IMG/VR virus record: IMGVR_UViG_3300024327_000544 | Length of the DNA stretch: 64,000 nucleotides | Source of the DNA: a virus | Strand: one strand, 5' to 3' | Shown: positions 25,868 to 35,885 of the stretch, piece by piece | Layout of the letters: every line of letters starts with the position of its first letter | How positions within the stretch are numbered: position 1 is the stretch's first letter | Made by a program: the position numbers and the translations under genes | The notes under the pieces: generated by a model | What the model saw: the letters and a program-made list of their open reading frames with translations, nothing else | Told to the model about the DNA's origin: nothing | Database searches by the model: none

Positions 25868-27272
25868 ATTGGAAAGCACCGAAGTCCGCTTTATTGCGCA
25901 TTCTATTGCCAGTGGATTGATCAAATAATGGTTCATCATCATCTTGCCCACTATCTGCAATATCGTCTTGGGCTTTTTGTTCTACGTCATATAATCTCAT
26001 TTTAGGTCTATCTATTCCAACAATGAACTTCTTATAAGATGTAGGATCATTATATCTATTTTTTAATTGTTTTACAAGTAATTGATTTAACTGTTCCATT
26101 TCATCTGAAGATATTATAGCAAACATAAAGTCTGCTGTTGCTGGTAAACCAAAACTTTCAGATGTATCTTCTAATCCTATATCTGTACTTGTAAATCCTG
26201 TTCTTGTAGTCTGTGTTGCAGAAAGAATTGGGACATTAAATTCTACTGCTAATCCTCTCAATTCTTCTGCAATTGATTTAATATAAGTATACGAATTTAC
26301 GTTTGATCCTGTTCTAATTCTTGCGCTTGAACATATATTCAAATAATCTATGAATATTATATCAGGAGTAAAATTACGTTTCAACTTTAATTCTGATAAA
26401 AGATTTTTAAAATGCATTGCGCTTGCTGATGCAGTAGGATATTCTTTAATAATAATTTTACCCTTAGTCTTTGCATTTATCTTATCAATTTTCTTTTGAT
26501 ACATATCCCTTGAAAGTTCTTCTAATTGACTAATAGGTATATCTAAAAGATTTGCATCTATTCTTTCAGCGATCCTTTCTTCAGCCATTTCCAAAGTAAT
26601 ATAAAGAACATTCTTGTTTATGGATAAACAACTAGCAGCATGATGGCACATAAAAAGAGACTTACCAACACCAGTTCCAGCAAGACATATATTAAGAGTT
26701 TTATTAGGTAACCCTCCTTTAGTGATCTTATTAAACATTTCAAGGTCGAATTCAATCTTCTCTTCAACTCTATGATAAAATTCAAATCTTTCATTTGCAT
26801 CTTCAATAAAATCATGACCTACATGAGGATCAAATGATACTGCTAATGCATCTGACAATAAAGACGGAATAGCGCCTTTTTGTAAATTTGTTTTATTGTC
26901 GTTACCTTCTAAAATAGCAATCGCATCAACAACTGCATTATAGATTGCTTTATCTTGACAGAAGGTTTCCGATTGTTCAATAAGCCAAGCAGTTACATCT
27001 TTATCCTCAGGTTTATCTAAGGTATTAATTATTTCTGTAGCTTTTTGGTATTCATTCTCATGCAAACCTTCTTGTTGATCTAAATCAATTAGAAGACTTT
27101 GTTTTGTGGGTAGACTATTATGTTTAACAATATAATCTTGTACCTGTTTGAAGATAAGTTTTTCTGCATTATCTTCAAAATATTCTTGCCTTATATAAGG
27201 GGAAACTTTTCGGGAAAAAGGTTCATTGTGTATCAAATGAGATAGTATTAGGTGCTCTATCCGTTGATTCAT
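25860..27272 (-). CDS. 41: replicative DNA helicase (T4 gp41)
   Basis: AGTGVGKS, ITLEMAEERIAERIDAN, FIDYLN, SESFGLPATAD and KQLKNRY motifs. Confidence 0.97.
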   Translation of the reverse strand: MNQRIEHLILSHLIHNEPFSRKVSPYIRQEYFEDNAEKLIFKQVQDYIVKHNSLPTKQSLLIDLDQQEGLHENEYQKATEIINTLDKPEDKDVTAWLIEQSETFCQDKAIYNAVVDAIAILEGNDNKTNLQKGAIPSLLSDALAVSFDPHVGHDFIEDANERFEFYHRVEEKIEFDLEMFNKITKGGLPNKTLNICLAGTGVGKSLFMCHHAASCLSINKNVLYITLEMAEERIAERIDANLLDIPISQLEELSRDMYQKKIDKINAKTKGKIIIKEYPTASASAMHFKNLLSELKLKRNFTPDIIFIDYLNICSSARIRTGSNVNSYTYIKSIAEELRGLAVEFNVPILSATQTTRTGFTSTDIGLEDTSESFGLPATADFMFAIISSDEMEQLNQLLVKQLKNRYNDPTSYKKFIVGIDRPKMRLYDVEQKAQDDIADSGQDDDEPLFDQSTGNRMRNKADFGAFQYE

Positions 27273-27642
27273 CGTCCTCCACAAAAGTTATTGGGTTTGT
27301 CATTTCTGCGTTGTCTTGTTCTAAATATCTGTCCCATAATAATTTCACTAATATTTCACCAATCATAAATTCAAATTCTTCACCCTCTTCATCGGTGTGT
27401 TCAACACCTTCTAATTCGGGTGGTACCATTATAATATCATATTCATACTTAGCAGTACTTTCATCTTCTGCATCTGGCGGGGCCACTTGAAATTTACCAT
27501 ACTTATAAGTGACACCTTTAAAGGGTCCGGTTGTCATCTCTATACATTGTTGTGTAACATCATTAGGATGTTCTGGATGAGGAACTAATCTATAATAAGT
27601 ATTAATCCTAACATAATCCTCTTGTGTTAATTCATTCCCCAT
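27223..27642 (-). CDS. conserved hypothetical protein between uvsX and 41
   Basis: [12 protein letters not shown] motif; occupies the position of T4 gene 40, but I see no sequence similarity. Confidence 0.6.
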   Translation of the reverse strand: MGNELTQEDYVRINTYYRLVPHPEHPNDVTQQCIEMTTGPFKGVTYKYGKFQVAPPDAEDESTAKYEYDIIMVPPELEGVEHTDEEGEEFEFMIGEILVKLLWDRYLEQDNAEMTNPITFVEDDESTDRAPNTISFDTQ

Positions 27643-28687
27643 TCTCTTCCTCTACAACCTCTTCTTCAAGACCGACTTCACCATAAAGAAATTCTTTATG
27701 TGCCACCACATCTATTTTATCTAAAATCTCTTTGGTGAAATACTTAGTAGGATTTTTTAGAATTGATTTCAAGAAAACTTTTTCACCATCTGGCATTTCT
27801 AATCTAGTAGAAACCTTTTTAAAGATTCCATACTTCTCAGCTAACTCTGCTAAACCATAATAACGATTTAATCCCTCTTTATATGTAAGAAGAACATCAA
27901 TCATCTTATTCTCTTTAGTGAGTCGAGATTTAAAATTTCTACAATGGACTATATTACCAATTACCTCAGTCCCATCCTTTTCTTTCTTCTTAGATAGGAA
28001 TACTATGCTAGATGCCGCATAATGAAGGCCAGTTCCACCACCCATAATCTTTTGAGGAAACAATGTTCCTATTTGATCATATGTGTGATTAGTAACAACA
28101 AGAGGAACTTTTGCTTTACCTCCTAACAAAGTAAGAACTCTAAACGTTCCTTTAACCATTTGAGCTCTGGTCATATCTCTTGTTTCCTTACCATCACTAA
28201 CATCTTCCATCTCTTTAGAAGTAGAAAGATTACCTAATGAATCTAAACATAACATCATTGGCGGTCGATCTTTTTCAGATTCTTCTAAATGTTTTTCTAA
28301 AATTTTTGTTGCTTGTGTTCTAAATTCTTGAACCGTTGCAACGGGCAGGATAATCATTCGTTTAGAATCAATTCCTCTTGATTCTATCATCTGTCTTGTT
28401 AAAGCGGATTCAGACTCAAAGTAAATAACACCACCGCTAGGATTATCTGCGAGAAACTGTCTGACGCAACCCAAGACAAAGAAAGTTTTGCCAGTAGAAC
28501 TTTCACCTGCGAATGCAGTGATTTTATTAGAAGGTAATCCTCCATAGATACTCCCAGATAATAATCCGTTTAATATGTACGATCCTGTGTCGATAAAACT
28601 TTCGACATCTCCAGCTTCAACACCATCACTTACTTTTGAACCATAAGTGTTGTTCGCTACTTTCAACATTTCATCAAAATAACTCAT
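27632..28687 (-). CDS. uvsX: UvsX RecA-like recombinase
   Basis: [31 protein letters not shown] and MGGGTG motifs. Confidence 0.96.
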   Translation of the reverse strand: MSYFDEMLKVANNTYGSKVSDGVEAGDVESFIDTGSYILNGLLSGSIYGGLPSNKITAFAGESSTGKTFFVLGCVRQFLADNPSGGVIYFESESALTRQMIESRGIDSKRMIILPVATVQEFRTQATKILEKHLEESEKDRPPMMLCLDSLGNLSTSKEMEDVSDGKETRDMTRAQMVKGTFRVLTLLGGKAKVPLVVTNHTYDQIGTLFPQKIMGGGTGLHYAASSIVFLSKKKEKDGTEVIGNIVHCRNFKSRLTKENKMIDVLLTYKEGLNRYYGLAELAEKYGIFKKVSTRLEMPDGEKVFLKSILKNPTKYFTKEILDKIDVVAHKEFLYGEVGLEEEVVEEENGE

Positions 28688-28714
28688 TTAATCCTTTCAA
28701 TTTAATCATTATAT

Positions 28715-28743
28715 ATTATACCACAAGTTGAAACAAATGTCAA
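28715..28743 (-). promoter_or_regulatory. consensus sigma70 promoter for uvsX-41
   Basis: TTGACA-N17-TATAAT. Confidence 0.85.
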
Positions 28744-29045
28744 GCTTTTTCGATATCTAAATCCATAGTGGTAGGATCAAACTTTACTTTAAAAGTAAGT
28801 TCTATAGGTTTAAGTGTCCCATCTTTTAATGGTATAGGGAGCTTTCCTTCAACTGCTGCACCTAAAGCTTCTTTTGCTGTTTCAAACACGTGAGTAGGAT
28901 CGGATTTAACAAGATCATCTAACTCTTCTTTTGCATCATCTGGGATGATACTATCAATCATTGCTTCCACGTGCTCCTTCGCGAGGTCTTGCGCTTTGTC
29001 TATAACAAGTCCTGAAATCACATTAAATAATAATACTGGTAGCAT
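28740..29045 (-). CDS. hypothetical protein
   Basis: MLPVLLFNVISGLV start at 29045 with an AAGGA RBS. Confidence 0.6.
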   Translation of the reverse strand: MLPVLLFNVISGLVIDKAQDLAKEHVEAMIDSIIPDDAKEELDDLVKSDPTHVFETAKEALGAAVEGKLPIPLKDGTLKPIELTFKVKFDPTTMDLDIEKA

Positions 29046-29055
29046 ATTTTCCTTT

Positions 29056-29955
29056 TTAATTAATCTGTTGTTCCCAACTCTGTTCAATATTATGTTGAGC
29101 TAGGGTCTGTTTAAAATATTCATCGGTAGAAATTGGTAAATGTTTATCTGGTTCATCTGTGAAATTCTTAATTAATACATCTCTACCGGGATCCACAAAA
29201 TAAGGCATTGAATAGCGAGATTTTGTATGGACTGTATTAACAACTCTATGGTTGGTTGATTTTAACGTATCATTGGACCATCTTTGAAACATATCTCCAA
29301 TGTTTAATACTATTGAATTTTTCACTACAGGAACATCAATCCATTCATTTGTTTCTCTATCTTGTACTTGTAGTCCACCAACATCATCAAAACGAAAGAG
29401 TAAAGTAATAGAACCATAATCAGTATGTTCTCCTCCAGACTCGTGTTCCTCTTGCTTCTCGTGTGCTGGATAATGAAGCATTCTCATATTAACATAACCA
29501 TTCATATGCTTATCTATTAAATATCCTTTTTTATGTTTAAACATACTTTCAAACTTATTGAAAAATTGATGGGAAAGACGTTGAGAGATTTGAAGGATAG
29601 ATTGTGCTAATGGTTTAAACTCTGGAATTTCTGTAGGCCAATATTGTTCTTGCATTCTTGCTGATTCAATCCAATTATATGATTCTTTCGAATCACCATC
29701 TCGACTCTGAATATATCCCATCTCACCCCAGCCGGCACGACATGTTGATGAACCCTTTACTCCATTATATACATATTTCTTTTTCACATCTAATGGTAGT
29801 TGAAAGAATTCTTCTGTGAGATATTTCCAATCTTGGAATTCCGATAACCATTCATCGTAGACATTTGTAAATACAGCAAAACCACGAGTCGTATATACAT
29901 CATACATTTGTTGTTCTATTGCATTACTACGAAAATCGATTATCGGAATAGTCAC
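29056..29955 (-). CDS. isopenicillin-N-synthase-family 2OG-Fe(II) dioxygenase
   Basis: IPIIDF, RMLHYP, HTDYGSITLL, GGLQV, NIGDMFQRWSND, HRV and RYSMPYF (HxD..H..RxS). Confidence 0.9.
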   Translation of the reverse strand: MTIPIIDFRSNAIEQQMYDVYTTRGFAVFTNVYDEWLSEFQDWKYLTEEFFQLPLDVKKKYVYNGVKGSSTCRAGWGEMGYIQSRDGDSKESYNWIESARMQEQYWPTEIPEFKPLAQSILQISQRLSHQFFNKFESMFKHKKGYLIDKHMNGYVNMRMLHYPAHEKQEEHESGGEHTDYGSITLLFRFDDVGGLQVQDRETNEWIDVPVVKNSIVLNIGDMFQRWSNDTLKSTNHRVVNTVHTKSRYSMPYFVDPGRDVLIKNFTDEPDKHLPISTDEYFKQTLAQHNIEQSWEQQIN

Positions 29956-29957
29956 AA

Positions 29958-31043
29958 TTATTTTGTAGGAAATCGAGAAACAACACCTTTAACAAAATAT
30001 TGCATAGTCTCGAGTTGTGGTCTTTGTATTTCCCCAGCAGGAACTTTTGTTCCATCTTGTTTAGTAACACCTTGATCAAATGGATAGTATGTACCCATCT
30101 CATCATTGATCCAATTCATTTTAATTGTCTCAACTTTGTTTACAACATCGCCGGGAACATTCTTACCCCATGGAGATAGACCTACACAATTTTCTTGTAG
30201 ACCCCATGCCCATCGTTGATTCATTTCTAACTTACCGCTAGCAAGTTGATCAACGATATGTTTATAAAGAACGTTCCAATTGAACATCATACCTGTGATG
30301 TATCGATCTGGCCCATTATCACCCATAGGCGCATCATTACCCATACTCCAAACTTCTTTACCATCAGATTTCCATGCCTGTTGTGCAAGTGAAACCACAC
30401 TAGGTGAATCAGTTGTTGTATAGAGAATATCATTACCATCATCTAAGAGTGCTTTAGCAGCATCCATATCTTTAGGTGGATCAAACCAAGAGTTTATCCA
30501 AACAACTTTAACTTTAATATCTGGATTAACTGTTTGAGCTCCTAGAGTAAGAGCATTAATGTTTCGAATGATTTCTGGAATTGGATGTGATCCAACTACA
30601 CCAATACTGTTTGTCTTCGTCAACAGTCCGGCTGCAATCCCTGTAAGGTATCGTGCTTGAAATGAATGACAAACATAATTGTCCATATTTTCATCATTAC
30701 CTTTATAACCAGTGGCATGTAAGAAAACAGTATCTTTATTTTTCTTTGCTGCCTTCACCATTGGATCCATATAACCAAACGATGTTGCAAAAACAATGTC
30801 ATGTTTTCTTGCAAGTTTGGAAAATACTTTTTTGGAATCTGACTCTGGCACCATCTCAACCATTGAGACTTTGTAACCATGTTTTGTCAAGGATTGAAAT
30901 CCTTGATGATGTCGCATTGACCAGCCACCATCATTATGTGGCCCCACTAGAACATAACCTATTGAAATTTGTTTCGCATTTAAAATACCAAATAAGGTTG
31001 TTGATACAACCAATACTAATAGAAATGAAATTAATCGTTTCAT
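29958..31043 (-). CDS. BMP-family ABC substrate-binding protein (purine-nucleoside-binding type)
   Basis: Signal peptide; VGPHNDGGWS, FATSFGY, ARYLTGIAAG, SWFDPPK motifs. Confidence 0.9.
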   Translation of the reverse strand: MKRLISFLLVLVVSTTLFGILNAKQISIGYVLVGPHNDGGWSMRHHQGFQSLTKHGYKVSMVEMVPESDSKKVFSKLARKHDIVFATSFGYMDPMVKAAKKNKDTVFLHATGYKGNDENMDNYVCHSFQARYLTGIAAGLLTKTNSIGVVGSHPIPEIIRNINALTLGAQTVNPDIKVKVVWINSWFDPPKDMDAAKALLDDGNDILYTTTDSPSVVSLAQQAWKSDGKEVWSMGNDAPMGDNGPDRYITGMMFNWNVLYKHIVDQLASGKLEMNQRWAWGLQENCVGLSPWGKNVPGDVVNKVETIKMNWINDEMGTYYPFDQGVTKQDGTKVPAGEIQRPQLETMQYFVKGVVSRFPTK

Positions 31044-31118
31044 CTTTCCCTTCCGAAAAAATTGTTGTTAATTTCTCTCGCCCATTACCAACAGGTCTTC
31101 CAACCCCTTCACGATTTG

Positions 31119-31143
31119 AAAAAGGCCCCCGAAGAGGCCTTTT
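31119..31143 (-). terminator. intrinsic terminator with a cUUCGg loop
   Basis: AAAAGGCCTCTTCGGGGGCCTTTTT on the minus strand. Confidence 0.85.
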
Positions 31144-31154
31144 ATTTTTTTGTC

Positions 31155-31376
31155 TTACTTCTTAGAGTAGATTCCCCAAAGTACCCATATTGAAACTAGG
31201 CCGATTAATCCTTCTGCACCTAATTGTTTTACGAGTGACACTACTGAACCCACGATATCCATTCCGAGAAATGGTACAGCCGCACCAAAGATTACTTGAA
31301 GAACAACGCCAAGAGCAATTATTGCAAGACCTAATTCGGTTATACCTCTAATCCAACTGAGCACGTTATCTAACAT
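31155..31376 (-). CDS. small two-helix membrane protein
   Basis: 73 aa, two hydrophobic segments, AAGGA RBS. Confidence 0.75.
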   Translation of the reverse strand: MLDNVLSWIRGITELGLAIIALGVVLQVIFGAAVPFLGMDIVGSVVSLVKQLGAEGLIGLVSIWVLWGIYSKK

Positions 31377-31395
31377 AAAATTATCCTTTTAATTG

Positions 31396-31878
31396 TTATT
31401 GAAAAGTAAGAGGCGCAGACCACCAGGCTTCCCATGGAAAATGAATCCAGAGATTCTCGGTATCTTTTGCTACCTCCCTTACGTAATAATGAGGTTCAAA
31501 ATTAACTTCATTATTCCACCAAAGTGATGCAAACCTTACATCACAATTGATTTCTAAGGGCTTGTCCTTTTTCGGGCCCTTAATAAAAGATGATATACGT
31601 TCAAACGTTTCACCACTATCGCATATGTCATCTACTATTAAAACTCTCTCATCAGTATTCCTAGGGAGATAATCTTCCCATTCTGGAAAATCTCTAAGAG
31701 AGCTCTTCACGGGCTTAAAAGGTTTTTTTAACCAATGGGACATCATAACGCCAGGCGTTAAACCTCCCCTACTTAAACCCACGATCACGTCTGGCTCAAA
31801 TTTATCTAATGTAATCTCTCTACAGAGTTGATTAACATCAAGACACATTTCCTGCCAAGTGTACCATAATTTATTCAT
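31396..31878 (-). CDS. type I phosphoribosyltransferase (Gpt/purine PRT-like)
   Basis: IVGLSRGGL, VLIVDDICDSGET (PRPP loop) and WIHFPWE. Confidence 0.9.
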   Translation of the reverse strand: MNKLWYTWQEMCLDVNQLCREITLDKFEPDVIVGLSRGGLTPGVMMSHWLKKPFKPVKSSLRDFPEWEDYLPRNTDERVLIVDDICDSGETFERISSFIKGPKKDKPLEINCDVRFASLWWNNEVNFEPHYYVREVAKDTENLWIHFPWEAWWSAPLTFQ

Positions 31879-31898
31879 AACAAAACTCCACTATTAAG

Positions 31899-31906
31899 TA
31901 TTTATC
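31899..31906 (-). promoter_or_regulatory. late promoter variant upstream of the PRT gene
   Basis: GATAAATA overlapping the gene 43 stop. Confidence 0.45.
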
Positions 31907-34409
31907 AAACAAAAAACGCTTCCAAAGAACTTACCTTCTCTGGTGACCAGCCAATTACTTTCAATATTTCATTCAATGGTCCCCTAAATGATTTCTCAAA
32001 TTGTTTCTCATAATCAATATAATCATGGAGGCCAAACTCTTCAGGTAGCCCCTCCATCATGGCTATCACACTATCCCTAATGGGATTAGGTTGTTTTAAA
32101 TAAACGAACTTAATCTTCTCACCCTCTTGAATAAAAGGATGTTTATTTTGCAACTTCTTCTCTTTTAAAAAATGATTATATAAACGGGTTGCTTTCACAT
32201 GTATAGGTGTTCCTTTAGCATATAAGGTATGACCACCATTATACTTTTCAATTCCTTTTACAGATCTAGGAAAAGCTATATTCTCAATAGGTTCTTTTTC
32301 AAATTGATTTCTAAAATCAGCAATGAACTCTTGTATAGCAGTTTCATCTTTATTAATAATAATATCAAAAGACTTCTTTAACTTATCTCTACAAGATGTT
32401 GGTGTTGAGGATTTAACAGATTCAATACCCATAACTTTAATTCGTGGGTTTGTATATCGAACACCTTCATTATCATGAACATTTAAAATATAATGTTTCT
32501 TACCAGTCCATATTCCTTTATCAGCAAGACATTCTCTTTTCATATACATCTTCTGATCATAAGCATTCATATACTTTGCTAAATCAGCATATCCTGTATC
32601 GATTATCTTTGTTATCTTCTCTTCACAAACCTTATCTAGGAAATCAATAACCTTTGTTGTCTCCACTTCCTCTGGGAATACCTTTTTAACTAAATCATCC
32701 AAAGTAATATAAAGGGAGTCAGTATCGGATGCCAATACATAATCAACCTCCTTTGTTTCCAATATTTGATTGAGATAGTTATTGACAGTGGTTTCCGCCC
32801 ATCTGATACTGAGCTGCCCTCCTAATGTGATAGCTTCTGAAATTCTTAAATCATAAAATCTAAAATATGGATTCCCGAAAGCTCCATAAACACTGTTCAA
32901 CATTAACTTCATAGCTAATTGTCTATTGCCATATGAATCTGCTTCTTTCTGCAGTTTATCAATCTTCTTTGGATCTGTTTCTTTTTCTAACTTCTTCTTT
33001 GCCTCAATCATCTTCTTTTTAAAGATGACTCTATTATCATACTTCTCTTGCATCAATCTAGGCAAGAATCCTTGTACATCTTTTCTGAATGCTTGACCAC
33101 TTGCTGCAATGGTAATATCTTTTTCATAGAACTTATCTAGATCGATCTTCTTATCTAATAGGTTATCAATGCCACATTGCTGTGTAATGCCTGTTAAAAT
33201 AGTTTCAGGGCTAACATTGTATTGCATGATTAAATGAGGGTATAGACTATTTAAATCGAAGCTAACAACCCATTTATGCATACCTGTTTGTACATCTTTT
33301 ACATACGCGCCTACATAAGCTTTATTCTTTGTATTATCTTTCTTTGGTGGGACAACAATATTTCTATTCATTAAATCGTTTGCGAGAATCACTTCCCACA
33401 TCATAACCATCCCAAATGTATCTTGATAATTTACTTTTGCTTCATATGCAAGAGCAACTACCATTTCGATTAACTTTTTCTTTTCTTCTAATCGCTCAAC
33501 TAATTGTACGTCTTTAATATTATATTCAATAAACAGTTGGAAGTTTTCTTTGTATAATGTATAGAGATTACCATACTCTTCAAATGATAATTTTCTTTCC
33601 CCTAGTTCTATTGACGCGATGTAATCGAGCCGATAAGATTCAGCAGGGGGACTATTACGTCTGTAAACGTCAATATAGTCAATAACAGAAATGCCAATAA
33701 TATCATGAAAAGTAACATCTTTTCCACGAAACTGAGTAACTCGCTCATGTATTAATCTCCATGGGGATAGCCTGCGTGCTTCTTTAACATCATATAACCT
33801 GACTATGCGATTATACAAATAAGGAATATCAAAACCTTGAATATTCCAACCTGTAATAATATCCGGACCTAACTTTTCCCAGAAACCAAGAAACTCTTGT
33901 ATTAAATGATTCTCATCAGAACATTGAAAATATTCTATATTGTCTTCATGTGCTTTATAATCCCCACAACCGAAAACATAATACTTCCCATTATTACCAA
34001 CGGTGATTGCTTGTATTTCTTCAATTGCAGATACAGGATCAGGAAATCCATGTTCTGAACCAACCTCAATATCAATAGACGCGATTGACAATAAACCAAA
34101 ATCATATTCTATACCTTTGTCTTTTGGAAAGTTATCATAGATCCAACTATACCTATAAGTATTCATTCCATAAATTTGAAAGTTATCAACACCTTCATAT
34201 CTACGAATAAAATCTCTTGTTTCTTTTATTGTTCCGGGTTTAACAGGAGCCAGATATTTTCCATCAATAGTTGTATGGCTTGACTTCTCTCTGGAAGGTA
34301 TAAAAATGGTTGGTCGATATTCAACACGGTCATCAAACTTCTGACCATTCTCATATCCTCTTACTAATATGTGATCACCAATCTGATGAACATTGGTGTA
34401 AAATTTCAT
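31905..34409 (-). CDS. 43: family B DNA polymerase (T4 gp43)
   Basis: DIEVGS, GWNIQGFDIPY, SFDLNSLYP, KLMLNSVYG, ASDTDS and KKHYILNV motifs; no intein seen. Confidence 0.98.
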   Translation of the reverse strand: MKFYTNVHQIGDHILVRGYENGQKFDDRVEYRPTIFIPSREKSSHTTIDGKYLAPVKPGTIKETRDFIRRYEGVDNFQIYGMNTYRYSWIYDNFPKDKGIEYDFGLLSIASIDIEVGSEHGFPDPVSAIEEIQAITVGNNGKYYVFGCGDYKAHEDNIEYFQCSDENHLIQEFLGFWEKLGPDIITGWNIQGFDIPYLYNRIVRLYDVKEARRLSPWRLIHERVTQFRGKDVTFHDIIGISVIDYIDVYRRNSPPAESYRLDYIASIELGERKLSFEEYGNLYTLYKENFQLFIEYNIKDVQLVERLEEKKKLIEMVVALAYEAKVNYQDTFGMVMMWEVILANDLMNRNIVVPPKKDNTKNKAYVGAYVKDVQTGMHKWVVSFDLNSLYPHLIMQYNVSPETILTGITQQCGIDNLLDKKIDLDKFYEKDITIAASGQAFRKDVQGFLPRLMQEKYDNRVIFKKKMIEAKKKLEKETDPKKIDKLQKEADSYGNRQLAMKLMLNSVYGAFGNPYFRFYDLRISEAITLGGQLSIRWAETTVNNYLNQILETKEVDYVLASDTDSLYITLDDLVKKVFPEEVETTKVIDFLDKVCEEKITKIIDTGYADLAKYMNAYDQKMYMKRECLADKGIWTGKKHYILNVHDNEGVRYTNPRIKVMGIESVKSSTPTSCRDKLKKSFDIIINKDETAIQEFIADFRNQFEKEPIENIAFPRSVKGIEKYNGGHTLYAKGTPIHVKATRLYNHFLKEKKLQNKHPFIQEGEKIKFVYLKQPNPIRDSVIAMMEGLPEEFGLHDYIDYEKQFEKSFRGPLNEILKVIGWSPEKVSSLEAFFV

Positions 34410-34570
34410 TTATTTTGATTTTCAGGAATGCGATAATAATGTTCTACTTTATGTCCCATTGATTCAAGTGTTTTATAACACCATAATATTTGTTGGTCTA
34501 TCCAACACCTACCTTTAAACGCCCCTATTGTATAAAGGAACTGTAGGTAAATTAAAATAAGAAGTTTCAT
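34406..34570 (-). CDS. 54-aa hypothetical protein not in the ORF track
   Basis: MKLLILIYLQFLYTIGAFKGRCWIDQQ...; GGGAG RBS; its stop overlaps the gene 43 ATG (ATGA). Confidence 0.6.
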   Translation of the reverse strand: MKLLILIYLQFLYTIGAFKGRCWIDQQILWCYKTLESMGHKVEHYYRIPENQNK

Positions 34571-34585
34571 CTTCCACTCTCCCTC

Positions 34586-35071
34586 TCATTTGATTAGTCC
34601 TTCTTTATATTGAGTTTTACCATTAACTCTCAAAGCAGTATTAATCTTTCCACGATTTTTGCCATTTGTTTTAAAACTACAATGAACCCATCCACTTGAT
34701 GGTTTCCCTTGTTGATAGAACTCTAGAATTAACTGGTCAAATTCTAAATTATCTCTGACCCATTCTGCCAACTCATCGTTGCCAACTCTTGAACATTCAA
34801 AGTCTGCTGCTTCTCCATGACAATGTTGACTTGTACTAGATCCTCCAACTGCCTTATTTAAAGCAGGTCCTCTGTAACCACTATTTACACGAACTGGTCC
34901 AAATTTTTCTCGAACTGGTTGTAAAATATGATTTGCTACATTGGTAAGATTGACTAAAATTTGATCTGTGGCAGGTGTATTATCTAAGCCCATTCTATCT
35001 GCTGTTGAACTTTTTAGTAATTCAGGTAGGGTAAAGTTCGGTGCTACCCTAATATCTTCAGCTTCATTCAC
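34586..35071 (-). CDS. peptidase M15A (D-Ala-D-Ala carboxypeptidase fold), candidate endolysin
   Basis: NFTL.EL..S.TA, VNSGYR, VGGSSTSQHCHGEAAD, WVHCS; late-promoter variant upstream. Confidence 0.85.
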   Translation of the reverse strand: MNEAEDIRVAPNFTLPELLKSSTADRMGLDNTPATDQILVNLTNVANHILQPVREKFGPVRVNSGYRGPALNKAVGGSSTSQHCHGEAADFECSRVGNDELAEWVRDNLEFDQLILEFYQQGKPSSGWVHCSFKTNGKNRGKINTALRVNGKTQYKEGLIK

Positions 35072-35106
35072 TTTTCACTCCTATTGTGGGGTCGCTGGTT
35101 TGAAAG

Positions 35107-35114
35107 TATTTATC
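35107..35114 (-). promoter_or_regulatory. late promoter variant in a hairpin loop upstream of the M15 peptidase
   Basis: GATAAATA inside a GGGGUCGUUG/CAGCGACCCC stem (35088-35126). Confidence 0.55.
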
Positions 35115-35133
35115 CTCAACGACCCCGTCGAAC

Positions 35134-35607
35134 TTAGGAAAGCTTCTTTTGATTTGTTACAATCTTAATCTGCTTTGCCTTCTTTTCCTCAGGAATAATC
35201 TTCTCCATTTTAATTGTTAACATCCCAGCGTCTAATGCTGCTCCTTTAACAATTATATCATCAGAGAGAGTCCAACAACGTTTAAAAGAACGCTTTGCAA
35301 TCCCTTGATAGAGAAAATCTTCATCTGATTTATCTGTTGTTGATTCGACGGTTAACACACCGTTTTCAACATTCACTGTAATGTCTTCTTCATTGAGTCC
35401 TGCAACTGCTAACTCTATTATATAATCATCTCCATCTTTTTTCAAGTTATAAGGTGGGTAACTTGAAGTTTGATTTTGATTTTGATTGATATTAGACAAT
35501 TCTCCAAACACTCTTTCAAACATATGATCTAATCCAATTGCGGACTGAGTCAAGTGTTGTAAATGTTTGGGATTTGTAAACAGTGATGCGGCGTTTGTAT
35601 ATAACAT
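35134..35607 (-). CDS. hsp20: small heat-shock protein
   Basis: YPPYNL, IELAVAG, YQGIAKRSFKR, GMLTI, IPEEKK. Confidence 0.93.
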   Translation of the reverse strand: MLYTNAASLFTNPKHLQHLTQSAIGLDHMFERVFGELSNINQNQNQTSSYPPYNLKKDGDDYIIELAVAGLNEEDITVNVENGVLTVESTTDKSDEDFLYQGIAKRSFKRCWTLSDDIIVKGAALDAGMLTIKMEKIIPEEKKAKQIKIVTNQKKLS

Positions 35608-35633
35608 ATTATCTCCTTATAAAAGCAAGATTA

Positions 35634-35885
35634 TCAGTCTCTCCATCCCTCACCAGCGAGCAGATGTTCAAACCGATGTTTAAGAACAATCCATATTAAT
35701 TCTAATATGGAATCGGCAGTATACTCACCAACCTCGTCGATTGTATACTCACCTGTTTCAGGATCTGTTATGACTCTATCATAAACCAAGAGGTCATAAC
35801 TATGTCCTGCTATACCATAGGGTCGGTCATCATAATCTTCTTTATCTTTCCAACCATATGTTTTATCATCAACGAAATTTGTCAT
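35634..35885 (-). CDS. hypothetical protein
   Basis: 83-aa ORF coupled to dut. Confidence 0.6.
   Translation of the reverse strand: MTNFVDDKTYGWKDKEDYDDRPYGIAGHSYDLLVYDRVITDPETGEYTIDEVGEYTADSILELIWIVLKHRFEHLLAGEGWRD

Noticed and set aside
27223-27642. Calling this T4 gp40
   Set aside because: The position matches, but I recognise no sequence similarity, so it is left hypothetical.
31044-31118. Purine riboswitch upstream of the BMP gene
   Set aside because: It lacks the conserved loop and junction sequences and the three-way junction.
31905-34409. Intron or intein in gene 43 (also checked nrdJ, 41 and uvsX)
   Set aside because: The ORFs are continuous and of normal length, with no intein or homing-endonuclease motifs.
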